Shown here: one piece after another, positions 12,831 through 27,370 of the stretch | How the letters are laid out: the number at the start of each line of letters is the position of its first letter | Position numbering within the stretch: the stretch's first letter is position 1 | Assembly: GCF_000497125.1 (NCBI RefSeq) | Contig: NC_090601.1 | Coordinates: 1,426,001-1,490,000 of the forward strand | Origin: Spironucleus salmonicida | Lineage: Eukaryota | Length of the DNA: 64,000 bases | Reading direction: 5' to 3' | The notes under the pieces: model-generated | Database searches by the model: none | Told to the model about the DNA's origin: nothing | What the model saw: only the letters and a program-made list of their open reading frames with translations | Made by a program: the position numbers and the translations under genes

Positions 12831-13048
12831 GCGATTTACTAAGTTTGTTCTATATTTTTAAACCGTTAAACCGATTATTCTTCAACCCTAGTATTTACTA
12901 ATTATTATGAATATTAACAGCTAAAATTTTCACTTCACATAATCATTATTATAAAATTACGTTTCTCAGTTTTTCTAAATATTTTTATTTTTAGATCAGT
13001 TTGGATATCAAAAAGCTAAGCATTAAGAAAAATTTGCGGATTTGCAAA

Positions 13049-13630
13049 ATGCAGGAAGCAGACCCTAGCATTCCCGGGCCAGGTACCTACTCACTAACCT
13101 CGTCTCTTTTCGACGCACCCAAGTACACCATCGCAGGCCGCACAGAGGTCAAACCTACACAACAAAATCCCGGCCCGGGTACTTACAACCCCAAAGAGTA
13201 CAGGTCACAGATTGGTGGGAAAATGACATTCAGGTCAGACCTAAAAAACAAAAATGATACTCCAGGACCAGGTACGTACGCACCAAAATCTATGTTAACT
13301 TCATCACAGTTTTCGCTGTCAGGAAGGACTGGAAGTGACCATTTGAATAAAAATCCAGGTCCTGGAGCGTACAATATTGACAGAAAGGATAAAGGTAACG
13401 GTTCAAGTTTTGCTGGAAGGCACTCGCTGGCCGGCAAGGGCACAATGCCAGGACCTGGGCAGTATAATATCTAAGCATCAAATACGGCGTCCCAAGTGTC
13501 TATTAAAAATAAGTACGATGACCATATAAAGAACACAAATCCTGGGCCAGGCACTTACAATATAGAGAGAAAGTAAACGGGTGCAATCAGTTTTGGGGGT
13601 AGGCACAAGCAGTGCGTATTTAACAAGTGA
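13049..13630 (+). CDS. SHIPPO/ODF3-like PGP-repeat protein (193 aa)
   Basis: Six PGPGxY repeats; the frame continues through TAA to AAG TGA. Confidence 0.9.
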
Positions 13631-13635
13631 TGATG

Positions 13636-16600
13636 TCATTCATTCACCATTTTCAATAGCTTTCCTGCCAAAGTAGCAGCTCTAACTGCATTGTTTAACT
13701 TTATAGCTTGGAAAACTTCATCTCGCTACTCGCTAAAATGGTTCAACTACCTTGATTCAATAACAGAATCTGCTAATGCTAACCGCATTGTTGCCGTTCC
13801 GATAATACTCTAGTCTTAAAATACTGAATGCTTCATCAAATTAGAAAAATCCTCAAGTGTTACATTTTGACACTAAAATACAGCTAACAGTACATTCTTA
13901 TCAGAAATTACACCGAGAGCTTCGTAAAAATACTTAAATTTTTAAATACTCATAACATTGTTATTTGATTGAAGCTTGAAGTACTATAATAAATTAACTG
14001 TGAAGCCAGCTTGTAAATGAAGAATTTCAGCAGCTTATTTAAAAATAACTTCAAATATATTATTACTCTCGAGGCTAAAATCAAAGCCATTATCATAGAT
14101 ATATTACTACAGTTCCCCTTAATCATAAGTAATATTTTCTTGCTCTAACGAGTTTAATTCGGAGTTTGTAAATGATTCTAATTTCTAAAATAATTCATCA
14201 ATTATTTCTATTTCTATACCATAATTAAGTTAGGTTAAGAAAATCAATGCCTCAAAGGTCTAATATTAGTAAATTCCTACTAAAATTGAACTAATAAGTT
14301 TGGAATAAATACTAGAAATTCCATAGTTGTATTTAGCCCAATTAATAAAACTCTTACCAAAATCACCATTTTTCATTTCTAGTCGTGCAGTTCTTATTGT
14401 TTTACTTAACCATAAAGATGTTGGAATATATGTTGAACAAGGTAATTTTGCATATTACCTCAATTATGAATTTTACACAGGTATGAAAGGTAAATTTGAT
14501 TTATTTTTAGTCAGAAACTGTTCAATAAAATGGAAATCTATCCATTATATCTATGTCATAGAAGAGATAATAATAAGTTTATTATTAACTTACTATATGT
14601 TAACATTATCAGGGATAATTATATTTTCACCTAAACTTTCTATCATTTTTAAGTTACAATTACTATTAATATAGTCTTAAACAGTCTCAAACTGCAATTT
14701 AGCTTGAAACCCACTTGAAAAAATCTTATTTTTGAGCAGAAGATTTCGAGTCATAGCTTATTGTTTTTTCTATAACCGGAATATTTTCTTCTTAATATCT
14801 AGTTAACCTTTAACTAACTAATATTTTTAGCCTTCTTTAATAAGCTCTCTAATTTTAACTAACTTCTTAAAAGGATTATTATCTTGTTAGTAAACGAACT
14901 TATTTGCTGATTTTATCTGAGGTGAAATATATGTTTTCTCTGGAATCAAGATTACTTATTCCAATGATTTTTGCTACATTGGAACATTATGCTAAATATT
15001 TATAGCAAAATTTATAGCTTTCATATCTTATTCTGTCAAATATTATGATTTCTCAAGCAATTGGACGACTTTTTTCTTTTATTATGATAGTTTATCATCT
15101 AAATCAACCAATTTACTATCTTGATTTCTAAAAAGTGAGTTAGTCGAGTTCTGCTTTTTTTAATCGATATTAACCGACTACCTAGATGTTTTCATTGGCT
15201 CGCCCTTGTTATTCTCTTACTAGCTATAGACTTTATTCTGGCTTGAACCGTTCCACCTTTCATAAACCTCATCTCTCAAGCCCTCGATTTCTGTCATCAT
15301 AGTATTCATTTTTTAAAGCTTGGACACACCCTTTTGAACCTCGCCATTTTATTCACTGAGCCTCTCGACAATGGGTGCCCGCTAAATCAAATAAGTGTCT
15401 CGAACATTTTCGAACTAAACAGCTAAAGTAGACTCCTCCTGCTTCAGAATAATCAGTTTTTCTTTATACTGCTAAAAAATCATATGGTCCTCTAAATTTT
15501 GCACGTTTTGGTTCTTATACACCTTTTCCTTGCAATCTGCTATATCAGCAACGCATTAAATCTGCTCCTTGTAGTTCTCCAGCATACGATTCCGCACCTT
15601 CTTGTAGTCCAGGAGCCGCTTCGTCCGCTTTTTGGCTATTTCGTCCGTTTCGACCTCACCAGCGCGTTTTCGTTCCATCTCCTACAGGAGATCGCCCGCG
15701 CCACCACCGCCATAGATGACATTTTCGGCGTAAAAGATTTAGGCACCTGCCTCGCTCCCTGCCAGGAGCTACTCACACTTCTTGCAGATGCTCACGTGCA
15801 CCTCTTCGAAGTTGCGCAGCTACTACGTGAAGTCGACACCCAGCTTAGTATTTTTCCGCATCTGGAACTTCGGGATTTCTGCCAAAACGGAGTCGCCACC
15901 GAACCTCGTCAACTGCTCAAGCACGCTCGCATGCTGAGCCTGCAGCACCTTTACGGCGTTCAGCGCCCGCAGGTTGAATGCAGTTCCTACAATGTCCAGG
16001 ATACCGCGGAACTACACCTTCTGCGGCTGCTTCAGCGCCTTCATTTTGTCGATTTCGGCACTCACAGCGCCCTGGAACGCGGCCAGAACCCGCTGCTCCG
16101 CTTTTGCGGTTTCGAGGCTCTATGAAATTTACGATTTCACGTAGTTGGCCTTGTACTTTTTGTAGCGCGCCTTGAACTTGAGCATCTCGTCGTAGATCTG
16201 CTTCGCCGCTTTCTTGCTGACAAATTTCTGCTTTATTTTGACCTTCAGCGAACCCTGCTGGTCCGTTTCGCTGATTGAATCGCTGATTTCAAAGTTTTCC
16301 GCCAGAAAGTCCTCCGAGGTATCCGAGAGCTCCAGATCGATCAGATCTATGATGTCGTCCAGCTTGCGTTCGTCCTGCATCTCATCCACGAGGCACGCCG
16401 GCAGCTTCTTGACCGAAATATAGCACTGCTGGGTGAAGTCCTGCGGCGCTGCGGCGTTGCGGGTGTACCTCCCACCGCCGTACTGGGCGGTGGAGAATAG
16501 CTGTGGGATTTAGCCCACAACCTCGGCCTTGGAGACCGTGCATGCACCCTCCGTCGCCATGTACGCTTGGTAGATCTCGCCCTTCAGGCCATCGTTCTGG

Positions 16601-17541
16601 ACGCGCAAATGCGTGTTCTCCGCCTCAAGCTCCTAGAGGTCGAATTCGACCTCTCCACGCGCAGCGGCGATGTTCTGCATGTTGTTGTCTACCTAGTGCT
16701 GCATGTTATGGGCCTCCTTCAGCAGGTGTGCGTTACGCTCCGCCTCGAGCAGCAGCCGGTTCTGCAGCTGCTCTCCCTGCAGCTGCCAGGTCTTTTCCTG
16801 CTTTTCGGCCTTGATCCGCGCTTTCAGCGCGGCCTCGAAACGGCTACGCAGCTGCGTCATTTCCCCGCAAATCGCGATATTGGACCTGCTGAGCGCAAGC
16901 TTCTCAGAGAAGAACTCCTGGGCCTGGAGCACGTGGTTTCTAATTGTCTTCTCGTGGCCCAGAATCTCCAGCCGCTAGCGCTCCGTCGCGCCCTCGAGGG
17001 ACATTATTTTCGCTTACTGAGCGTCGAAATCGCCCATAACTTGCGAGTGGAGCATCCGCAGTTCTTTGAACTTTTGCTGGTCAACTTCGACCTTTTGCTC
17101 CAATTCGTCCAGTTTGCTCCGCAGCGAATCTGCATTTTTCCAGCCGTCGTCTCTGGTTTTGACCAGTTTCTGCACATCGATGGTCCCGAATCTGGCCTCC
17201 GCAGAGAGGTAGTCGATGACTTTTTGCAGCGTCTGCGCCGCAGTCGCATCCAGAATCTCTATCTGCGTTAATGCTGCTGCCGCAGCGCTCAAATATAGCT
17301 GTTAGGCATCGGGGGTCGACTGTGGCGGTGTGAGTTGATATAGGAGCCCATCTGGTGAAAAAACTGGGCAGAACTTCGTCCTAAACGCGGAGGACATTTC
17401 TTGTTTTGTTAGGTTTAGGGCATGGGGAATATACTTCGGCCGGCGTTATGGGGTAGATTTGTGCTTTACTAGCCTATTTACTGGTCTGAGCATAGGTGAT
17501 AGAGCACGGGCGCGTTTGAGCTCTGAATCAGTAATGTCCAT
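13636..17541 (-). CDS. Large coiled-coil hypothetical protein (~1301 aa)
   Basis: Listed ORFs 17014, 16693 and 16129 (-) are in one frame, joined by TAR codons. Confidence 0.75.
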
Positions 17542-17625
17542 TTTGTTATTATTATATATTATGTATTATAGTTAGAATATAGTTTGTCTTGAAAATAGGC
17601 TCGTCTTAATAATTTAGTACATAAT

Positions 17626-20600
17626 TCACTTTATCCTCCTAGCCGTTTTCGACCTCTATTGGTAATTAAGATTGTTTTCATTTTTCATTGATGAAACTTT
17701 AAACATGCACCCATCAAAGTTACGAGATTTTCTTACTAAACCCACTGAATTTTAACCAAACATAAATTCTATTGCTTTCGCTTCATTTCCTTTATCAGCA
17801 AGTCTTTGCTCATAATAAATTTTAATAGCATCTAAATCATTTTACAGTGTTATTATTTATCGTTCTAAAATATTAATTTTTTATTAATCAACATCACGAG
17901 GGGTCTCGTTAAAAAATTCTTCTTGTAATTCTAGTTACCTTTTCAGCGTTAACTCCTATTTCTATAAATTTTCCTCCTTTACGGTTGTTAACGTTAATTG
18001 CTTTTATTATGATAATACCGTCGCTTTAAGTTTCTAAATTTCATTTAATTAATTCTAGATACTAATATCTGACTTAATCAAGCTATAGTGTGTATCAGTA
18101 TTAACTTAGCATACCTACACACCTGTATCACAGCTTTCTATTAAAGTTTGGTGTTAATCATCCTGTACAGTTAATTAATTTATATCTAAATCTTCCATCT
18201 ACTATTCTTGTTAAAGTAAATTGAAGCTTGACCTTGGACACGTATTTTCTAATTTCTTATAAGTACGATATAGGTAACTATTTTGTATTATTGTTTCATC
18301 ATCCTTATAAAGCTCTAATATAGAATTAACTAAATCTTTCCCCATTATTTTAGAATTCACCATACCTCTCTCGCCTACCGAATATTATTTCAAAATCTGT
18401 AACATTGTCTATACTTATTCGTTTCTTTATCTAGCAATATGCAAAGATTAATTAACCTATTCCTCTAAAACTTTAACACAATTTTGCAGATGTACCACCT
18501 TAAATAAAACAGGTGTATCTTTCATTTCGCGAAGTGTTTAATGCAGCTCGTGTGAAACTACTAATACCGATGAATAAAGTTTAGCATATCCTTTATACCT
18601 ATCTCTAACTTCTTGTAATACTTATTAGTATAATTATTATCGTCCTTCTTCAATTTTTAAATCAATTAAATCTTAGAAATCTATAATTGAAGGACAATTA
18701 TGACTCTTCTATTTTTCTAATAATAAATCATATTTTTATCTAATAGTATAAAATTTGTTTAGTGTTTAACGTAAATCAAACTTGAGCATTTATGCTTATG
18801 TGTAGTAATTGTTATAATTTTCCTATAATGTGGTGAACTTTCTCTTCATATCCCAGTTTTCTAAAAGAGTTTAGTTGCAGACTACTTATTAATCTAAATA
18901 CTGTTCCGAAATATTTTTAATCTAATTTTAATTTTCTTCTTTTATTTTTGTTAATTCATTTGTATGATCTAAATATACCTATTCAATATTGACGCATTCA
19001 GCTTATTGAGTGAAGTCAAGTAATTATTTTGGAGGATTAAAATTTACAAATGAAGATTAATCCTAATACGTTAATATCTCAGTTTAGGTAAATGAATTTT
19101 GGTAGTTATTAGTAATCTATTATGTAAGTTTACTAAGAAATAAATCCTTATCAACACCATTATTATCTACTTCCTACAAATCATTAGGACATAATTTGAT
19201 TTAATTTGATTGACCTTATACAAATTTTAGTAATTTTTATCTCTACTCTGAATAAATTGGATTTTACTTAAATTATTCAGATTATAATTCTAAATTAACA
19301 ACTTCTATTTATTCAATTGGAGGAAGTTGACTTAACGGTGTTGGTGATTTAATTCGTTACATATCAATAGTACTGCATCCTGAATCTTCTTTTTCATCAA
19401 TATCTTAAAACGATAGCGCATCAGTACTTTTTTCTATTTATTAATTTTTATATATTCTGCGATTACTAAGTCGCGATCCATTACGGGATCCACTTCTAGA
19501 CTTTAGTGGTGATTTTCTAGGGAGAATCAATTTTTCGCCCTCACTAGGAAACATTTTTTGTTAGCTAAGGCTCTTAATAAGTTGACTCAAATTCTCCAGT
19601 TATGGTAGTTTACTAAAATCGCTATCATCATATATTTGCCTATAAAAATCAGGATTTTCCAAAATTGAAGCTTTTTTAAGTATATAATCTGGGAAATACT
19701 AAACGGGGTGTTTACCACTTACTGCCGCCACCAAAAGTGCTATTTCAATCGCATCTACTTAAATTCCACATGTTTAACTTGGAATTACCGTAGCTTCTTA
19801 ATATAAAATTTAGCGCTCTAAAGTCTCATCATTACTTAAACAGATATCGTGGTGGGATAATACTAATGATGTGTCTTATATACCTATTTAACCAGAAATA
19901 TTATTATGAATAACTTAGAAATTACTTATAGGAGAAGCTTACTAACTAGAATATTTATTTTATAGGGCTTTTAACTACTCAGCAAAGCTACTTTATGCTA
20001 ATATCATTTACTTGTTATCAGATAATTAAATCTGCTAAAGTTCTGACTATAAGCGTAATCCTGTATCTGAGTCAATTATTGTATATGGATTTCGCTAAAT
20101 AGAATTTGCTTCATCTATTAAATCCTAAATTCGAATCCCTTTGACACTCATTTTTGCGCCAATAAGTTTTGTTTGATAAGCCTATATCATGGCCATATAG
20201 TATTGAACAGCATATTCATAATGCCCTTTAGTTTTTTCATGGTCTATCTATAAAACTGCGCATCGCTATTTCATTGTCAGATACTACTCATGTGTTACAA
20301 TAAGCTTCCTTTGGACTAGTTCTAATGTCCTAAAAGTGTTATTATATAATCTATTTTATTCATCTGCCTATTATTCTAGAAAAGTTCTTTCCTTTTTAAG
20401 ATTTGAATTTTATTCCACTAATCCTATTTTAACTCTATCTAGTAGATAAATTCTGTCCTCTAGTCTCGCTTACTAAAGAGCATGTTTTTCTGCATCGTTT
20501 TGTAATAATGCTTTCTCATCTTTAAGCTGAGATAAAGTAGGCTGAATATCAGCTAAAACTTCTTACATTAACCTCTCTTTAGTCCCTTAATTCCTCATAT

Positions 20601-21381
20601 AGAAATCTAGTATCCGGAGGCGAAGTTCAACATTAATATCTTCTTTCCTCATAATCTAAAGCTATTGTTGCCTCATTTGTGAAATTACATACACAGTTTG
20701 GTCTTGAAGTTCTACCATTTGGTTCTGAAACTCTCCAGTAGTCTTATGCCTAACAATTTCTATAGCTTTATTGATTTTTTATTATTAAATTATTTCAATC
20801 TTTCCTAAAGTATCTTAATAACTCTTTATTGTCTCATTTTTCCTATTTAAATCCTCCTCTAAAATAATATTTTGTGCTAAAACCACCAAATGGTCAGAAC
20901 TCTGATCGTCAAACTTCTACGTAATCATACTCAATTATTACGCTTATAAAGCTTTCATTCGATTTAGTTAAAGTTTTTAGCTTTCAGTCTTAGACTGAAG
21001 CCCTAATGCCTAGTCTTTATATTTTTAATAAGATTTCCTATAATCAGCAGAACTATTTGTTGCCGAAATAAGAGAGTTTTAGCACTTTTATAAACGTTAT
21101 TGGAGGCTATCTACTAGTCCAACTAAGTGTTATTCTGTCAGGGTATGAATATATTAGTTTTAGTGTCCCTACTCTTAAATAGTTACTTCTTCTCTTTTAG
21201 ATAACTTCTTTAAAAATTTATCCTTGGAAATAGTTTTAAATATCATTTATCCCATCAACTTGTTTAATTCCTGCTCTTCCTTGTAATCAGATTGAAGCTA
21301 AAGCAGCTACTACTATTATGAAAATACTTAAGATTTAACTTCTAATAATATTGGTAATGTTTAAATATCTGTAAGTGGCAT
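17626..21381 (-). CDS. Large Gln-rich coiled-coil hypothetical protein (~1251 aa)
   Basis: The ATG and the AAG TGA end are in the same frame; the interior was only spot-checked. Confidence 0.65.
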
Positions 21382-22220
21382 GTTTAGTGTGATATTATTT
21401 ACTTGAGAAACAACCTTTAAAATAACTTAAAATTATTCCTATATTTATGCTATTTTCTTTTGATAGTTTTCTTGATAGCACTATAATTGAGAAAAAAATT
21501 ATTATTTTAATTGCATTACTTATCCTTTTTGCTGTTTTAGTAATTTAGCATAAAACTCGCAAAGTTCCATTACTAACTAGGATTATTAATAATCTAGTAT
21601 ATAATAACATATGTTTAGAACTCGAAATATGATATATTCTATTATTATATACCAAGTATATTCTGTAGTTTTTATGAATGACATCTTACTCAACTTATTG
21701 TGAATAAAGATTAGTAAAGAAAATTATACAAAATAACAAGATATATTTGTCTAATTTATAGACTGAATAATCATTGCGCCACAATTAGTTTATAAAAGTA
21801 ATTTAATGTTCTATTTAGGTACTATACCTAGCTAACTTTCAATTGATAAATAGATTTTAGAAAAATGATAAATAATTTATTACTACCTTCTTTAACTTTA
21901 TCTATCACTTGCTTGTAATATAATTTATAATTTCATTGCATTTTATATTAATAGCTGCTATATTTATTCTAGCTTTGTATTTACAAATATTAACCATCAT
22001 AAAAAAAATTAAGCAAAAAAGAAACATAAAATATAATTTATTAATGTTATTATAAGGTAACACTAACTTTCAGTTTTTAGATTTTATTTAAGAATTGGAA
22101 ACCAACCCAAAATAATATATCTATAAATATATTTTATTTTATTGTGGTTTGGTTTTGTTTATAATAAATATAAATATAAACATAAATTATACAAATATTC
22201 AGAACACTCCAATTTGCAAA

Positions 22221-22466
22221 ATGGGAACCTCGTAATCGAGGTCTTCAATCCAATATAAGCAGAAAAATATCAACTAAAAACCAATAGGCTCAGTATCATC
22301 ATCTTTAAATCTGAATATAAAAGATTTCAGCCAATTAGCAGAAGACTCTATTCTCACTGCGTCATTTTCTATGACAACTGTCTTCAATTTTCCAATTGAG
22401 TTCAGCTCTGAATAGGATGCTGTTTACATCGATATCGAGCTTTCTTATTTACTTTCTACCTTCTGA
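22221..22466 (+). CDS. Small protein with N-myristoylation motif (81 aa)
   Basis: MGTSQSRS...DAVYIDIELSYLLSTF-TGA, with AGTGA overlapping the stop. Confidence 0.6.
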
Positions 22467-22473
22467 GTGACTA

Positions 22474-23208
22474 TCATTTCCTATGGATTTTCTTTACCTA
22501 CGCTTATTATAAAATACTTTGTTTGATATATTAATCAGCAACAGACAATTTCAAACTTCCCTATTTAATCTGCTCAAATCTTCTTTAATTCTTTATATAA
22601 AGAGGGATCTATTTGTCTTCTTATTAAACCTTTTTCACTTCCTTGATCAGTACGTCATCATACCTATGTACACCTTTATCAAATGTTTCAGGTGCTGATT
22701 CATCCATAAATTTAGTATATTGTAGATCTTCAAAAGCTGAACATGCACACTTCTATGAACTATTAGAGTTTAATAGTTTTTATGAAATAAAAACGTCTAC
22801 AGGTAATGGTGATTGCTGTAATTTTGACAAACAAGAATAAGATTACTTATGTGGAGATTCAACATAAACTTAAGATATGTTTTATGTTTCCAATGATTTA
22901 AGCTAGGAGATCTAAAAATCTCGATTACTTTAATTAAGTATATCTTTTTGCTGATCTAGATAAATATCAGAACCTTACTATATGCAATGTTCATGTTTCT
23001 TCCTATCAAATAGATTTTAACTCTCTAGAAGATTGTTTATGTTGTTGTATGAATTATCAAAATATTCTTTTATTAAATCAACCACTTTAGTAGATTAAGA
23101 TTTTTGCACATAGATAGGTGTAATCTTATATTCTTATAAAGTTGGCTCTAAATCATGGACTTCTAGGTCATTGATAAGTTAAGATAGGGGTAAAGTAAGA
23201 TTTTGCAT
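22474..23208 (-). CDS. Hypothetical protein (244 aa)
   Basis: MQNLTLPLSQLINDLE...; open under table 6. Confidence 0.55.
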
Positions 23209-23294
23209 TTTTTTAAATTTCAAAGTATAGAAATAATCTATAATTATTTTATTTTAAATAAAATTGATTTTGAAACGACTAAAAATATATATTT

Positions 23295-23891
23295 TCACTT
23301 TATAAGTCCTATAACTTTGAGGTGCTTACTTATTTAAACTAAATTACGACCTTTCATAATTTTTGATATTTATTTAACATCTCCATTACAGTCTTAATAT
23401 AATTAACGTAATTGCACTTCTTCTGATGCTACCCATCTTCCTTTTTTCAGTTCAGGATTTTATACCCTAGTCCAACGCAAATGTACTTACTATCTGGTTC
23501 GTTACTTCCCAGAAACTTTAAACATTTCTTAAGAGATTTTTTCGAATCCCCATTCAGGATGATGCGTCATACAAATCCTTAGAAATTCCGCCTCTATTGC
23601 TAACCATGCATCATCCTTAGTTGCATGTCTTTTTTCAGTCTCCATTGTCTTTGACATTGTATCCATAGATAATTAGTTTTAAACAATAGCCTCTTCTTCA
23701 TTCTCTTCGTTTAAAAGCTCAGACTCTAAAACAGTAAGTGGATTGTTAAATGGAATAATATCAGATTTCCATGTTTCTAGTAGCTGATAAACACAAATAT
23801 TAATCTATTACTATTAGTCACCATTACCCATCTCAGGATTGTTAAGAATGCAACGATAAGCTAAATTTCTAGCTTATTCAATATCGTCCAT
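23295..23891 (-). CDS. Myb-like transcription factor (two repeats)
   Basis: QRTRQQVHLRWTRVQNPELKKGRWVASEEVQL...KQISKIMKGRNLVQI. Confidence 0.85.
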
Positions 23892-24029
23892 TTTAATTTA
23901 AATTAATACTATTAATAATATATAATATTTTATTAACCTAAACATAATAAACTTCAATCATAACCTCTAATTTAAAAAATTTCTATTTTCAATATATAAT
24001 TATGAATAATAAATAAATAAATAAATAGA

Positions 24030-25493
24030 TCATTCATCATTATTTTCGACTATGCTTTTCTCTAATTCCTCTGCCCGCTATTAAGCTTTTATCTTATATA
24101 CACTATACTTTATTTCATTTGATCTTCTAACAAAACCTATAATAACTATAACTACGGTTACAATCAAAATAAAAGCTCCAATAATGAGGCCTGTAATGAC
24201 ACCTGCAGTAAAAATATCTAATAGTGATTCTTAGTAGCATAGTAAGCTTCCGGATCTAAAAAGCCACCCATCAATACATTCGCTGCAACTTCCAGAGCTA
24301 TTTAGTTTATATCCTTATAAACAAGTAGCACACGCTGAAAAATCTTCTGTGCATTAATCACAATGAATTTAAAGTCCACAAATACACCCAAAGCTCTTAT
24401 TCCCAGCCTAGTCACAACTCTTAATCTCATTACCAACAGTATCGCAATAATGCCCATTAGTAGCTATAACTTAGCACTATTTCCAGCATAACCCATCAAA
24501 TCCAAGTTTAAACCCTTAATTACATTTTCTGCAAAATTTATCGCTTCCCAAACAATCTAAACAATTAGCAACTTAGCAAGTAGCATAACTAACACAATCC
24601 CCAGAAGGTGAAATTTAAGTATTACACTAAATGCATATTTAGTTATGGTTAAAATAATATCCTGGAAGACATGCCCCGCAGACAGAAACATTACAATTTC
24701 CACAATGCACTGCTCCAGAACAAGGACAAGCTACTGATAAATTATTGATATTTTCTGAGTTCGGACACTACTAGCACGAATTGTCAATAAACAGCTAATT
24801 GCTCTAACATACTCCACACGTCTATCCTGTGACAACGCATGTTTTACAAAAAGGTACAATTTTTCCTCCACAAGTGCATCCTTCATCGGAAGTATGTTAG
24901 TCGCATAACACACAGGTATCACCTGACTTGTAATAGTTATTATCGCAAACTGTGCATTTTCCATCAGTATCCAATTTACTTCCTTTCTTACATGTTTCAC
25001 ATTATGAAGAATCTGAAGTCTTGCAGGTAGCACAATTTAACGACTCCCCACATTAACAAGAATTAATCATATCAACTTCGCATTTCTGACAGCTCCCATC
25101 AATCACCCCATATTCCTACGCACATATCACACAACCACGACTACCGCCGCCAGTACATTGATTACATGATGCATCACAGTTTTTACATGATCCGTTTTCC
25201 ATGAAAAAGTTCTTTTTGCAACTAATGCATGCGAAAAGATTACAGTTACAACCTTCAGGGCAAACTGAGCATTGATTATTTGAAAGAATAAATGTTTCTT
25301 TGCACTTATTGCATATTTGAGAAGAGCATTCAATACAGTTTTTCACTACTTAATTAGCTTTGCAAACACAGTTTTCTTTGTCACATGTATCGCAGGTGAT
25401 TGTATTTGAACAAGTTGAACAAGCGTTTGCGCATGCACGGCAGGATCCACGCGCAGTATCATAAAACTCGCGATCTTTGCAGTTTTCAGCCAT
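24030..25493 (-). CDS. CXXC cysteine-rich membrane protein (diplomonad CRMP/VSP-like)
   Basis: Dense CxxC repeats, a C-terminal TM segment (AGVITGLIIGAFILIVTVVIVIIGFV) and a short cytoplasmic tail. Confidence 0.9.
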
Positions 25494-25708
25494 TAGTAAA
25501 ATATTTAGATATTAGATAAATATTATATGCTGATTAATTAATAATATATTGAAATAATAAGAATGGTATATACGATAATATATAATTAAAATAATATATT
25601 ATAGTTTAAAATTTTAGTTGCAATTACTAAATACATTTACTTGTCCTATATTATATTATTATATCATTATATTGATTGCGGTTCTTCTTGTGTTTTTTCT
25701 ATTTAGAA

Positions 25709-26461
25709 ATGCACCGTTCGAATAAGTTTATACCGCAAAGACACATTTCATCAAATTTTGATGAATTATTAACATAAAACCAACTTACAACTTTTAGTCC
25801 CCTTTAGAGATATAAATAATAATATTAACGTTATGTAAACCATTAATATACCTCATTCACAGAATCTACTTTAGACCGATAGATACGCTTAAAATATTAC
25901 TATCTAAATCTTGACGCTACAACTCCACTCAAATAAGATCCATATTCAATTAAAGAAAAATGTGAAGATCTTCTTTTTATTAATAAGCTGAATGCTATTT
26001 AAACTATTTAAGGTACTGGTATCAATAGTGAACTTATATTAGAAGATTTGAATTTAAGTTTAGACTTCGATTTGGATGATAATGCTATTAATGGTTAGAA
26101 AATAATTAACCTCCCATAACCTTTAGATTAAAGTATTTAATTACAATCATTTGCTGTTGAAACATAAACATAATAACTGGAAAACTTGTCTATTACATCT
26201 GAGTAGTCGATTTAGGTAGCCTCTGAGCCAATTACAATTTAGAAATTAATCCCTTAAGCTTTATCAGTGCAAAATTAATTGACAATAACAAAGCTTGAAT
26301 CTCTTGGCTTTAATACATAAACTGAATCGAAAGCAGCGCTTATATAGACAGTTGATTCACGAAAAAGTGATTTCGGTACATAAGTATATCATGAACTTGA
26401 TGTCAAAAAAATAGACTTTTCCTTCGTAGATTCTATTTTATAAGGAATTAAAAAATAGTGA
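25709..26461 (+). CDS. Hypothetical protein (250 aa)
   Basis: Open under table 6; ends TAG TGA. Confidence 0.55.
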
Positions 26462-26770
26462 CCACTAGATAAAATCCTTAGTTTATATTTCTATTTTATA
26501 ATTATTTTTATCAACTATTGATATCTAATTTTCATATCAAACTTATGCATATACACGCCATTTCAGATAATACCACAATAATATGAAATTTATTAGTTAA
26601 CTAAAACGCGGTTTTAGTATCTTTTTAAAAAACTAAATAGGTGTGTTTTTTCTTAATTTGAAATAAAACAGTCTCAGTTATGAAACTTTATAATTTAGTA
26701 ATATTGCTAATGCTAATTAGTATAAACAAATATCAAATCAACAGATGAAACATATTAAGAAAGTATTCTC

Positions 26771-27370
26771 TCACATATACATCACACCAAAATATTTTGT
26801 CCTAGATGACATGCTCCCTCCTTTAACTGATTTTTAAATCGGTTTCTCATAGGCGCCAGGTCCTGGTGTTGGATGAAGATCTTTAATAGTATATTTTTGC
26901 ATGATAGTAACATCATGAGATGCACGTAACGCCTCAGGATTGGGATCATATTATCCTGGTCCAGGCATGGCATTACCTATTTTAACAGGGTACTTTCCTT
27001 AAATAACACCTCCAGTATTTTTAGTGACAATCTAAGGGTGGTAATGATTCGGTCCTGGGTTAGTATTTTTCTAATCTACATTAGTTCTCTATCCCATTGT
27101 AAAATCTTTACTTTACAAACTTTGATCATTAATATTATATTTTCCGGGACCTGGACCAGCATCTTTCTACTTTTTGTCATACTTGTTACCAATCATAGCA
27201 TTTCCATTACTTTTAAAAATTGGTTTGGGCTCGTATGCACCTGGCCCTGGAACAGTGTTTTAATTTGATTCCTCTATTCTTCCTGAAAGAAAGTGAGATG
27301 GTCCAAAAAATAATGTAGTCTTGATTTCATACGCTCCTGGTCCTGGTATCTGTGTATCTATTATTTACAT
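26771..27370 (-). CDS. SHIPPO/ODF3-like PGP-repeat protein (199 aa)
   Basis: MQIIDTQIPGPGAYE... with six PGP repeats; collinear with 13049-13630. Confidence 0.9.

Noticed and set aside
15499-17271. Long plus-strand ORFs (15499-16125, 16567-17271) in the supplied track
   Set aside because: They are antisense shadows of the GC-rich minus-strand coiled-coil gene.
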